Both the position numbers and the translations under genes were made by a program. The notes under the pieces are model-generated. The model was not told where the DNA came from, ran no database searches, and saw only the letters and a program-made list of their open reading frames with translations. This document shows positions 50,552 to 63,573 of a stretch of DNA of 64,000 nucleotides, piece after piece. Positions within the stretch are counted from its first letter, which is position 1. Every line of letters starts with the position of its first letter. Origin of the DNA: Nemertoderma westbladi (lineage: Eukaryota; Animalia; Xenacoelomorpha); NCBI GenBank assembly GCA_032718475.1, contig JAUCBJ010003414.1:1-64000 (forward strand), written 5' to 3'.

Positions 50552-53500
50552 ATGTCTGACACAAAGCAAAACCTGTCAGACAGTCTCCTAGATACAACCA
50601 TCTGTGAACCAGACAGGAGTGTGGAACGTGTGAGACCGAAGTTCAACTCACCTCCTACTGTGAGAAAGATCATCCCTACAGCAGTAGTGTCAGACCCTAG
50701 GCTAGTAGAACACCATAGGTCTATCATAGGCACTCGGGCTCAAGTCAAGCGGGACCAAGAAGCAGCTGTTAAACAGCAGCAACACTCGAGCCGAGAACTT
50801 ATTTCTCAGCGGCCTGACAGCTCCAGTAGTCCGGATACTGTAGAGCTGACACCCGAGCGCGGAGTAAAGATGGCCGATGCGGTTTATTCAGATCCCCTTC
50901 TCATCCTTCCTGCAGCCGTACTCACTATTGCAGTGGAAGAACACCAAATTGATTGGGCGAGAAGTAAGCGATCGACCAAGGATAGTTATGCGGGATACAC
51001 AAGGGAGGAACTGAGGTCTATTGTCGAGACGCAATGGAACTTCCCCGGACCCGGACTCCCATTTAACTTATCAGAAGCTGCCTGGGAGGACTTATACAGG
51101 ATGGGAGTGGTAAGGTACACTAGGGATTCGGCTATGTGGAAGAGGTTGGCAGCAGGATATGTACAGAGATTCTTCAGCTCTCTGGGGCGATTGGAGGAGC
51201 AGCTGTTTCAGCGGCCTCACGGACCTCAGGAGCAGGGAGAGCTGCTTTATCAAGTTCGCGAACGAGTTCTGTGGTTCAGACTAATTCTTTCAGCCTTTAA
51301 GAAAGTCTCATGGATAAGCCAAGATACGTCGTTGCGGGTCGCCGTAAAGACTTGGTTCCAACGAGTGAGTCTTAAAGTCCAAGAAATGACTCAATGGAAA
51401 GCTCTGCTAACCGAGCGCATGACCCAAGGAGAATCAACAGACGCTGTCTTTTCTCAAGTGGAAAGCGAAGCGACGGCAGAAAAACCTCAGAAGAAGGACG
51501 CAAGCATTACATCATCTGATGAAGGCGATACCACCGATCCTGAAGGTGGAGGAAATAGATCTCGTTCCAACAGATGTAGAACAATGCCTCACCGTCAGAA
51601 ATTGCCTAATCTGCCCCCAGCTGTGAGAAGGCAACTAGCTAGCACAGACTTAGGTAGTACAGAACCCACAGACCAAATTATTACAGTAGAAAGACTCCCT
51701 ACTATAGTAGATGAGCCTGAAATAATTAGGCCTGTTCTCGAAGCCGTTTGTGCTCCTCTCAGCAGGTCCGGGAGATGGAAGGGACTGTTCAGCAGTTAAA
51801 GGGCACAGTAAGGGAAAGTAGGTTAGAGTTGCAAGAAGTGCAACAGAGTATCGCGTTAGAACGCGATAAATTGGTAAATATACAAAAGGGTATACCACCA
51901 ACCCCTGTAACAATGTGTCAACCTGTTAGGTCTGAAGTATTTCATGCGCAAGGTGTGGAGCCTACACGCATCTATACTGCTAGTGAAGTAGAAACTCCTA
52001 TAGTAAACCCTATTAAGGGTAATTATAAACCTGTTGACAATGATATTCCATATAGACTTGATAATAATCCGAGAAATTTATATACCGATAACTCAATATT
52101 AAATAACACGATGGCCCAAGAAAGTTTTACGCGTCAAATGGCTAGAACCGAAGCCCATCAAACGGTAAAGGTGGGAGAGATCGTCAAGTTCAATGGAGAT
52201 GAGATGAAATGGTTACCTTTTAATGAATATTATAAAGATAACATACAGAACTCTGTGCTATCTAACGGAGAGAAACTTATATTCCTCATCGAGTGCTTGG
52301 AAGGATCTCCCAAGTTAATGGCGTTAAAGTTTATTGGACATCCAGATAGATTAAGACAAGTTTGGGATACACTAAACATCAGGTATGGTAATAGGACTAA
52401 CATAGCTAGGTATTTATATGCGAAATTAATGGCGCCCCGAAAGTTTCTTAGCAGCGGGATTATAGAGTTTTCCGACGAGATTCAGGAGATCTGTAGACAA
52501 CTAGATTGGTTAGGTAAGTCTCATGAATACCAGAATTCTATGGTTGTAGGAGCCTTAGCATCTACTTTGCCTAAGGGTGGAGTAGGTACACACTGGGACA
52601 AGAAAGTGTTATATATGATGGAACAACAACGAAGAGACCCTACCATGGCTGATCTCATGTCATTCTTAGATGGAGAGGTAAAATTACAGCTCCTAAAGCA
52701 GTCCAGAGAGAAGACACCGGAAAATAAGGTAAGTGAGAAACCCGTTTCTAGGAGAAAGGTAATACCAGTGTGTTATACAGACGACGGCGAAAGCCAGGCT
52801 TCTCAAGAGGAAGACAGCGGGAAAGACACTGAAAGATCTTACTATGACAACAAAGCGACTAAGGACGTAAGTAAATTCAGGTCTCGAACCAATGACAGGA
52901 GAGAACAGGTAAGAAAAACTCCTCCTACGTCTCCTAAGAGAATTCATGGAAGAAAGCCCGAGGAAAGAACGAGTGTGCACAACGTTATCCAAAGTAAGGT
53001 AAGTAACATCAAACCAAAATGTGTGTTGTGCGACGGGCCCTACCGTTTAAGTGCGTGTGATGAATTCCTGAGGAAATCATTAAAAGATAGACGTGAAGTC
53101 ATGTGGGATAAGTGGTTGTGTTATAATTGCCTCAGACGAGGACACCAACGACGAAACTGTTACTCCGACGCAAGGTGTGCTAAGTGCGGCGCAAAACATC
53201 ATATCTTGTTGCACACTGAATTCGAAAGAAACAGCCCGAGTCAAGTAAGTGAGTCCGAACTACATGTCCAATTCAGTGATGTGAACAACACTGACCAAAG
53301 TTCTGAGATGGAAGGATTCTATACGGATGAATTCTCAGACGAAAACAAATCTTGTTACCTCATAAACACCGCAGTGTATCGAGCACTTACGTATGAGACT
53401 GAAACCGATAGTGGGCTCCCCCTAACTGTTCCTGACCGACAACCATCTTGGAAAGCGCCAACTTCCAACGTAGGGATCCGAGAATTTCCCGTAGTGCAGT

Positions 53501-55125
53501 TGAGAGTCCACGGGTTAAAAGGAAGCTATATAGTGAACGCCCTCCTTGACTCCGGCAGCACAGGAACATTCATCGACAAAAAACTAGCCGAAGACATCTT
53601 TGTTGGACAACCCAAGTTCCGAACTAAGTTGAACCTTTCAGGTATTATGCAGGTTTGGAAATCTACAGTAGCAACAGACTACTATGTAGGCGCGTTGTCC
53701 ACCCCCCAGGATGAACTAGGAGAACACAGTATAAGGTCAGTAAAAATGGTGGCGATAAAGAACTTCGCTACCAGCCAATTGGAACCTTATAACTGGGATA
53801 AAGACGATTTCACCCAGCAGCATGAGATACCTAGATTCAACTACTACTAGGATCGGCATGCTGCATTGCAGCTGCATTTTTAAGAATGCTGTGCCGGCTT
53901 GTCAACAAAATTGCACCGCCACAACTCCCTATCACCCATGACATTTGCTAGATCATCCGCATCTTTAAGGCCAGTGTCCTTTAAGATGCGTCTCAAGAAA
54001 GTCATGGGCTGTCCACCATGCTTATTCACTCCATGAGGCTGCCAAAGTACAAGATTATGCACTGGCTGGTCCTCACGGCGAAAGCAATGTCCTGCAAAGC
54101 GGAGGCGATTTTGTTCTAGTGTCAAGCTTGGGGGAACCAATGAGACACCTCCAATGTTATATAGTGTCTGGTTGGAGATGTGTGCATTGTACTTGACACA
54201 ATGAACCCGGCGTAGCATTCTTGTGAATGTGCCATCCAGAGATTTGGTGTCCTCAGCAGTTAGAGCCCAGCATGGACTCCCGTAGAGGAGTACTGGAACT
54301 ACTGCTGCTCTAAATAATCGGACCTTAAGTTTCCGATTAATTCTAGGTGACTTCCAAATCCTGGAAAGCCTATTCAAGGCTGCCCATGCCTTTCCCTTAC
54401 GTATTCGAAGGTCCTCACCTGACTTCCGGATCCATGATCCCAGGTAACAGAAGTCGTCCACATGCTCAAGCATACCATCCTATGAGCTTATGCTCATCCG
54501 ATCAGAGACTTGCTGAGGACTTTCAAAGTTAACTGTCAGAATTTTGGTCTTTCTGGAGTTAATAAAAAGACCAACACTAGAAGCAGCATGTTCTAATGAG
54601 CTGAGGAGCCATTGGGCTCCCTCTAATGATTCTGAGAGTACTCCTAAGTCATCAGCAAAGTCTAGATCAGTTAGGTACTTGGCAGGATTTCCTCGACTTC
54701 TGGAGCCAGTAGGTGGAGTTATCATCACCCCATCATCATTATGATGATCTAAGGACATGCGTAGAACATAGTCAACTACAATAATGAACAAGAATGGTGC
54801 AAGTGTGTCTCCTTGTCTCCTTAGATTCAACACCGACTACCCAGGGGTACAGATACTCATCGGCCAAAATGCGCATGAGGCGCTTGAGACATTAGAGAAA
54901 CGGCCTGCTCGACCGCAACCATTGCAAACCTATGCGGGAAGAACAAGAGTAGGTTGGTACCTCACTGGACCTTCCCGTGGGACACTCATGGAAAGGTTAC
55001 CCAAAGATCGGGTCCATCAAGAGAGTGAATGGGAAGAAGACATCAGTGAGGGAGAGATGACCACAACTGAGGGAACACCATACTCCTCAGATAATGACGA
55101 TTTTAACTCCAATGTAGATCAATAA
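50552..55125 (+). pseudogene. B gag-protease, one frameshift near 51750-51799, interrupted by an RTE
   Basis: KFNGDEMKW..F, EKLIFL..CLEG, three Cys/His clusters, ALLDSGSTGTFI, ILIG, TRVGW.LTGP; frame restored when 53842-54831 is removed. Confidence 0.9.
53842..54821 (-). mobile_element. 5'-truncated RTE LINE, same family as 20182-20876
   Basis: QGDTLAPFLF, DFADD, FCYLGS; TAG tail; 10-bp TSD TAGATTCAAC at 53832-53841 and 54822-54831. Confidence 0.93.
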
Positions 55126-55180
55126 AACAGCTAATATCACCTAAGTTTTTTATATTTTATTTTTTTTTTAATTTTTCTAG

Positions 55181-55809
55181 GGAGACATTGCCCCGAGACG
55201 ATTAATCTAGCCGACATCGCTTCCAGAGGAGCAACTCCTCAAGAACTGACAGATACTCCAGACTGGTTAGGTGGACCCGACTTCCTAAGTAAAGAAGATG
55301 AATGGCCTCCCCATCTTACCACGGCTGAGATTAGACAAGCCAAGGGAGCGGAGAAAGTCAAACCTAAAACCCGGACGAGTAAATCAAGGTTATTTAAACC
55401 CGTGATAGATCTGTCTGTACTACACATTGCCAGGGACGACGCTGTGGATCTAAACTCCCCCACCGCGAACCGATCTGTTGTGGAGATCAGAGAGAGAGAC
55501 TGGAGATCTGGAACACCAGACGTCTCGCCGGGACTCTCACCTCTCCTGCCGGGAGCGATGGACCACTATAGATCCTGGAATCGGCTTTGTAAGGCCGTCG
55601 TGTATTTGAAGCGATGTTTTTATCGTCACTATTCCAGGACGAAGAGGAAACCTGGAATTGTATTCGAAACACAACATCTCAATCGCCCAGTTGGTCGTTT
55701 ATGTTTACTGGAAAGAGACCGAGAACTGTCCGGAAACTATGGAAGGCAAGATACTCTTCCCACGACCACCTCCCTAATCCAACAAACATCTAGGGACTCC
55801 ACAACGTAA
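55181..55809 (+). pseudogene. B pol remnants: RNase H end, linker and integrase tail
   Basis: RHCPETINLADIASRG...WLGGPDFL, YRSWNRLCKAVVYLKR, RPVGRLCLLE. Confidence 0.75.
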
Positions 55810-57503
55810 CAGCGTCTGGAGTGGGTGTGTGACTATATTATTTTATATTTGTTTTTATTATTTTATATTTATGTATGTATTATTATGTAATATTATTATA
55901 ATCGTTTACTTTAATTTTTTTAGTAGAATGTTATTTTAGCAATTATTCAGTAGATTAGTGCAATATATATTCGCGTTTATTACTTAATTACTTATATATT
56001 ATATATTTAGTGCGACGGCGAGAAATAATTATTTTTCTCTTTCCTTACTGTCCGTATCATATTATAAATACGTGACTACAGTAAGATGAAATGTCCGTAC
56101 TTATTAAAGTACAATAAAGCTCCTACTATATTCAAGTATTATTGGTAAGTATTAGGAATGCAAAATTCAGATCCTCGTGTCTTGGCTAAACCAAGCTCTG
56201 GGTAGACCTTGGAAATGACTTGCCTCTTCTCACTGACATTGCTTCTTGCGATATTGTTCTCATACCGTATATTAAATAATACATATAGTAGCGTGATGTC
56301 CCTTTAACAGTAGCGTACAACGCAAAATAAATCTGTTAAACCCTTTGACCATCTGTAATTCTAGTCGATTAAGATATCGCGGCACCCACCGATATACTTG
56401 AAAGACAAAATTCTAGAATCAGTGGTTAATGTCCCCAGACAAGTTCTGGAATAAACCGGTGCCCATCTTAAATATTAACTATTAATATTTGTAAAATCTG
56501 TCAAATAAATACAGTAGAGTAACTACTTACAAGTTAACTCTAGAAAATCTATAAATTAAAATCTGTAGAATTTTAGATCCTTTAAAATTCTAGTCTATTA
56601 AGATATCGTAGCACTTACCGATACTCTTAAAAGGACAAATTTCCTAGAATTCAGGATCCTAGTCCCCAGACATGTTCTGGAATAAAATTTCTATTTAACA
56701 TTAAATAATAAAATTTACGGGAATAAATTATAATTCATCTCTTTTAATGAATTTGATAAATTGTCATTTTATACAATTTATAACATTCCCAAAATTCCAT
56801 TAATTAATAGATCATGGGAGCGGAGATTCACCCTATTAAGTGTATTAGTGTGCGAGAATCTCCAATATATAGTCAATAGCCGATAAAATTCATAAAATCA
56901 TGTATAAAGAAGAATATTGACAATTAAATAATTACTATTAAACAGCATCCCAGATCTGTATGCATGAGAATTACCCTAACTCTACCGCTAGCTTTCCATA
57001 ATGTCACCATGGCAACAACCACGCTAGAATTAGAAGTGAGTTAAAAGAACAATAAAGGCTTGTCCCATTGAATAGCATAAGGAATAAATAGCACACTGCT
57101 AGTATCCAAGGATACCTAATAATAACGTGGCATTCTGGAAGGCACTTGACTAACGGACAAATGGCCCGAATGTGTGCTGTTTGTGACAGTTGTGTGGAAT
57201 TTGTGCGTTTATAGGTGAATGTTAATACTAAAGTGTGTTTACAGTAGCGAGTCGCAATTGTGAAAGTAGCCCTAACTCTGCAGTAAGAACCTGAAGTAAA
57301 TCTAAGCCTTTGGGACGGACGGTGGAGTGACTCGCGCTGGTTGTTGTGGTCGTTGTGCAGCTACTATGTTGGCGATCGGCACATCGGCGAAAGTACACCG
57401 GCGCTGAGGATCTTGCGCTGTCCGGGGGCCGAGAGGGGTAGGCAGCGACGCCCGCTAGCCTAATTATAACTAATTATAATATTGATAAACTCATATAGCA
57501 GCT

Positions 57504-59054
57504 ATGACTGAGTTGATAGAAGATGATCTTGGTATCAGGGAGAAATATACTCTACCGTTGCAAGCGTTTGTTGATAGCTTGATACGCAGCGACGCTAGTC
57601 CAACTACTACGGAGGACGATGGTCGTTATATCGATGCGCCGATGTCCCAGGAACAACTTACGCGTGAACTGGACTATCGAAAATTCACTGCTCGCTATAC
57701 GCATCGTAATGGTACGCATATGGACTTCTTAACCACTGGTCATCCTATCGATTTACACGATACGGACGATGTCGACACCGAAAGGGAAATGGTCCTATTT
57801 AAATATCATACCCAGCGGAGTCGGAACGATAAATTGAGAATCGAATGCGAAAATTCTATTCGAAATCGACTCGAAAGAGAAGACGTTAAAGAACCGGATA
57901 AACGCGGTAACTCCAACGTATATTTGGAATTCTTGAGAGAAACATTGTAATACCGAATAAATATCACCCGCGTTTCCCCTACAAGACGTGCGTCTTTGGT
58001 ATTATTGCGATGAATGCCCAAGACCCAACCAACAAACGGAAAGACATAAACATCCACGGAGACGTGGCTTTAAACACGGTTTTACTCGCTATATTTACGG
58101 GAGTTTCGAGCGAAACTTGTTCGATGTATCACCTACGCTCGTTCGATTCAAACGATCCTTAAATAAACCTATGATCAGAGTTCCGGAATACTCGGTCAGA
58201 CCTCCTCATTCCCTAGTTAGACCTCAGACTCTTGATCCTAATAGTATCACGGATCCTCCCAAACTGTACTCACTGTTCAAAGATCTAGTGTTACCCGAAC
58301 AGTTAGTCGGTGGCACTCCGGTTGTGGGCTCCCTAAATATTCGCCCATCTTACCTAGCCAGATTGGGACGCGGACATCTAATATCGCCATTCAACCGTAT
58401 CATCGTCCCGGTTTAACCCGATACAACCTGTCACCGAGGCGGAGGAGAGAGTTGTACGAAACGCGTTGGACACTATTCTTCAAAAGATCGGAAAATGAAC
58501 CTACAATTGTTTAGAGAAACGTAAATTGCAGCAACAAGTCCAAGCGGTAAACGAATTAGCTTTATCTCAGTTCGATCAGGAAATCCAGAATCTCTAAGAA
58601 GATATCGAACTTGGACGGCTCTACTTTCTGCAAGAGTTTGGACAAATGTTTTCAACGACAAGCAGAGGAAAATCAGCTCGAGGAGAAGCATATCGATTCC
58701 GATAGAGCCCGAGAACGCGAGTTGGAAAGAATCATCAAACCGAGGAAATTTCTCACTATACACGGTCCACCTACCGCTATCGTTCAGACGACCCGTCAGG
58801 GACCAGTAAGAGCTGCTGTCTCAAAACGCGCTCTCAAGGTTGTTCGACCTCGTTCCACTGAGGTTGATACCGATCAACCGGGTACCTCGACCGGCGGATA
58901 CACCGACCGTAACCCTAAACCTTCTGATGCAATTGTATTGCACCCTTCACCCAAGGGTTATAGCCCTCCTGGTAAAGTGGCTCGCCCCAAAGAGAAAAGG
59001 ACTCTTGCTAGCCTCAAAAAACTGCGTAAACGCCGTCCGCGCAAGAAAAACTAA
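57504..59054 (+). pseudogene. B accessory 3' reading frame(s), unknown, with basic C-terminus
   Basis: ORFs 57504-57950, 57988-58416 and 58611-59054 lie sense between pol and the PPT; CxxC motif; ends LKKLRKRRPRKKN. Confidence 0.55.
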
Positions 59055-59132
59055 CTGTTTAGATTATTTTTATATTTTAGAAACTGTGATTTTTTATATT
59101 TTATAGAATTAAATCCCATTTTCTGGGAGCGG

Positions 59133-60332
59133 TGTAAAGGCTTTTGCGGATCTAGCTAGTTATTTTCCCCGCAAAGTACTCTGTAGGTGTTTTAGCGGAT
59201 ATAAAAAGCCGTTTCCTTACTTTACAGGTGTTTTAGTGGACATAAAAAGCCATTTCTTCTGTATGTGTACTTTAGCGGACATAACTAGCGATTTTATGTC
59301 GCAATACGCCAAAATACTCTTGATACAGTATAGTTCCGATGACGACATCTATCAGCTGATATGTCCACGTGTAACTTTTTCTTTGTTTTTTGTTCGGCTC
59401 ACTCGACCAATCAGAGCGATTTTCTTTGTGTTGGACAGTGCATATAGAAACTCACGCAATTCAGTCAGTGTGTATTTTCCTAAGCCTAGAACACCGGCTG
59501 TGGAATTATTCTGTGTTTCAGACTTTAGCCAAACATTAGAACGGCTTTGATCATAGAAACGTTTAACTGTTATCAACCAAATCGCACCTCATATCACAAA
59601 CCGAACTGGTCATCTCAAATGCTATACATACCTTTCACCGCATTGTTTTACTGCTATTTACTGTCGGTTATTAACTGTATCAGTTGATGGAATATTGTTA
59701 TATTTGGAGAATATCGATAAATAACCATAAAACCCCAATCTTCTTGATATACTGAAGGTTAGAGAGACCGGTTACATATAGCAATTGCGACTTACATTAT
59801 AGTGGTTTTGGAGTGAATTTAATGCTATTTCATAGGCCCTACATGTGTCGGTTGCTGTTCTCCTTATATTGATTAAAATTATTGAAGGTCGGCAGATCAG
59901 TGTGCAGCATTGTGCGGTAGTGTGCATGAGTGTGATAGATAACAAAGCATCTCCTAAAGAATGCGCTTTATACGTGAATCATTAGCCATCCTGTTGTGTT
60001 TAGTGTAAGTCATAACTCTGTTTACATACTTAGAGCGCCACGTCCTAAAGGAACTGTTGATATTTCCCGAAAGTGAATAATATTTGTCAGAGATTATATA
60101 TTAACGATCAATCGAATAGTACAGTAGGCCTACACCGCAATAAGGTCAGAGCTTCCGAATCCAGTCTCCCGGGTAAATCCAGTGGGTGAATGGTCGCGCA
60201 TAGGCTGGCTTCGGGTAATGTAGTTTTATGTGTATCAAATACTTGTCATAGGCTAAAGTCGATTTATAACCTAGAAGACACCTAAATTTGGCAGGTTAAA
60301 CTGCTAAAGGTCTACTGCTAAAAGCGCGAACA
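59133..60332 (+). repeat. B 3' LTR
   Basis: Near-identical to 47304-48499. Confidence 0.93.
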
Positions 60333-60343
60333 AGGATCTCAAA

Positions 60344-61655
60344 TAATCATCATCGCGAGTGCGATGTATTATGTATCCCAGATATTCAAACATATCAGAT
60401 TCAATTATACATTTACCATTTATAAAGACTGGAGCCATACCAACAATTCCATTTTTAGAAGCAAAATACATAACTTTTGTCTTTTTTAGATTGGAGATGA
60501 TGCCATGTTTCGAGGCAAAGTCTTCGCAGATATATCAAGCAAGCTTTGCAAACCAATAACGGAATTAGAAAGCAGATTTAGGTCATCAGCATACATCAAA
60601 TGATTGACCCTCTTGCCATCCAATGCACAACCGAAACTGGCCTTGGATAGCAAGACGGACAAATCATCCATAAAAACATTGAATAAATATGCAGAGAGCA
60701 CCCCGCCCTGTTTTACACCGTTAGACACTGTAAAAGGAGTAGAAAATGATGACCCCCATTTAACACGTAACGATTGACTAGAGTACCAATATGTTATCAT
60801 ACGCACAATGTATAGTGGCACATTACGCTTTATCAGCTTCTGGTACAATGTACTGTGCACAATTCGATCAAAAGCCTTAGAGGCATCCATAAAGCAAACA
60901 TAAACTGATGAATCGTTGTACAAATAGTAGTCTATTATATCTAATAGAGTGTACGTACGTACACAATTCAGTTCCACTACAACGTTTGTACGCGAATTGA
61001 TTGTCGGTCCTTATCAAATATGATTCTATTCTAGAAAGAACTACATATTCAAACACTTTACTAATCATTGTCGCTATAGCAATACCCCTATAATTTGACT
61101 TGTCGTCAATGGGACCATTCTTATCCTTAATGATTGGAATAATAAAACAGTCAAGGATGGCATTGGGCATGTAACCGTGAGTAAGCATAGACGTGAATAA
61201 TGACGCCAATAGATTATTCAGGTTGTCACTTTTACTGTGAAATAAGTGTTCTGGGGCAATTTCATCTGGCCCCATTGACTTACCACATTTCAAGTTTGAA
61301 ATTGCACAAGATATTTCACACCTGCACTAACGTTAATGTCGGCCCTATACCGTATCCCCGAAAATAAGTTATTCAGGTCTGAGGTTGCCTCGTCATTGGA
61401 CTCATTGCTATTAGACTTATGACAATTGAACAGCGATTGATAATCATTCGCAAACATTTCACATATTTCAGGTTCACCGTTTGTGCCGTCAATAACGTTA
61501 GGTAAAGGTACTGAAACTTTAGATTGTTTATTTACGGAATCCCAAAACGACTTACTATCGTTATTCAAGTTAGCAGTCGCTAACTTATCAGCCCTATTAC
61601 GAGCATCATTATGTTTACATTGTCTAAACACGCGTTTGAAATGTGCCCTAGCAGT
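60344..61655 (-). mobile_element. 5' part of the split LINE (RTE group, possibly Proto2-like), frameshifted RT
   Basis: NYRGIA, NQFAYK, DASKAFD, NGVKQGGVLS, LMYADD, EYLG. Confidence 0.85.
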
Positions 61656-61721
61656 TAGGTAATAATAATACGTTTGATGAAGTTAATATTAATAGTACCG
61701 TAATAGATAACCCTATTACTA

Positions 61722-62890
61722 ATGAAACTTTTCATGCAGGAAATAATATTTTACACGGTAATAATCTTAATATTGGTGCACAAAATAATTTATAATAATA
61801 TAAATAATGTAGAGCAAAATAATTCAAATAATTTAAATAATAATAATCCAAGTAATAATATAATAAATAACGGTGAACAAAATAATCAAAATAATATAAT
61901 TAACGACGTAGCAAACCAGCAGTGCGAGACTATTAACGGTGCAATTAATACAAACGTAGGGGGAACAAGTGACCTGCCCAATGAGAGCCTACAAGGCCAC
62001 GCAGTTGCGCAGGAAGAAGCGGGAGTGAATGAACCCAGAGAGGGTAGAACTAACGCGTTGACTAGAAGGGAGCGTGGGGGCGAAGTAAGAGGTAACGGAT
62101 GGGGGGGGGGGGGGGGGGTGGCTATGGGCACCCCACCACAAGCGATTAACGGCGAGGGGGGGGTGGGGGGCAGATAATGTCCCACGAGCGTCGGCGGATA
62201 ATGCGCGCAGTGAGTTAAGTGAACCGTGGCACGTGGCAACCAGAGGGGAAGGACGGACAGTGAACCGTCGGTAGTCGAGACGAAGACAGAGAGCCGGTGG
62301 GGTCATTCTCCGGGAGAATGCCATCGCCCCGGAGAAACACAACCTGGTGAAATATACCACATACCGGGAGAGGGGTACAGAGTGTACCGGTACGAGGATG
62401 AAGACAGGAGAGGGGATCAGAGAGAAACTTCTAGTCGGAATGTAGCTGCCGATCGAGAATATGGTAGTCGCGGGGAGGACTTCTCGCTATTAAAGGGAAA
62501 ATTATCGCAACCATTAATAGTATCGGACCCTAAATGGGTTAAACCTAACATTATTCTTGGAGGTCCAGTAGTCCAAGGACAAAATATACACTTTTTTGAT
62601 ATTCTAAAAACTGATAGTGTGGCATTGTTGGCTAGCATTAGTAGGTATTTCACTATGCTGAATCGAATGTAATTATATTCCATTTCCTAAAATTGAACTG
62701 GATGCTATTTTTTGTGCAACTAAGAAGTGGGCGTGGCACTTCAAATTTTGAAAAATACCCCCATCTTTTGATTTCAACGCGTTTTTATAGGTTTTCTGGA
62801 CCGCTGAATCGATTGAAAATATTATCGAAGCCTGGCGCCACCGAGCGAGGTATGGCAATACTGCTTTTTACCGAATGTATATATAGTGCA
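61722..62890 (+). other. Unassigned decayed coding-like segment, possibly a retroelement ORF1/gag remnant
   Basis: Asn-rich then Gly/Arg-rich ORFs 61722-62177 and 62226-62672; no diagnostic motif recognised. Confidence 0.25.
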
Positions 62891-62966
62891 ATTTAAATCA
62901 TAATTATCAGACTCGGTATTATTTTACATACCCCATGTTGGGTAGCTAATACGCCATACTTTTCAG

Positions 62967-63573
62967 CACTACACTACACTACACTACACTACACTACACT
63001 ACACTACACTACACTACACTACACGACACTACACTACACTACACTACACTACACTACACTACACTACACTACACTACACTACACTACACTACACTACACT
63101 ACACTACACTACACTACACTACACTACACTACACTACACTACACTACACTACACTACACTACACTACACTACACTACACTACACTACACTACACTACACT
63201 ACACTACACTACACTACACTACACTACACTACACTACACTACACTACACTACACTACACTACACTACACTACACTACACTACACTACACTACACTACACT
63301 ACACTACACTACACTACACTACACTACACTACACTACACTACACTACACTACACTACACTACACTACACTACACTACACTACACTACACTACACTACACT
63401 ACACTACACTACACTACACTACACTACACTACACTACACTACACTACACTACACTACACTACACTACACTACACTACACTACACTACACTACACTACACT
63501 ACACTACACTACACTACACTACACTACACTACACTACACTACACTACACTACACTACACTACACTACACTACA
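62967..63573. repeat. (CACTA)n pentanucleotide satellite, about 120 units
   Basis: Direct reading; one variant unit near 63021-63025. Confidence 0.97.

Larger units (their letters stand above)
47304..60332 (+). mobile_element. BEL/Pao LTR retrotransposon family B, non-autonomous (RT, most RNase H and integrase deleted)
   Basis: LTRs 47304-48499 and 59133-60332 (TGT...ACA), 5-bp TSD AGGAT, purine tract GGGAGCGG. Confidence 0.93.
25595..60341 (+). mobile_element. BEL/Pao LTR retrotransposon, family A copy A2, expanded to ~34.7 kb by nested insertions
   Basis: Both LTRs present; TSD (A)TAATC at 25589-25594 and 60343-60348; gag-PR-RT-RNase H-IN order. Confidence 0.9.

Noticed and set aside
51748-51799. 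Programmed ribosomal frameshift in B gag
   Set aside because: No slippery heptamer seen, and BEL gag-pol is normally one frame; more likely a mutation.
62967-63573. CACTA-superfamily transposon end or telomere
   Set aside because: Simple tandem array with no inverted partner; interstitial and not a TTAGGG/TTAGG-type repeat.
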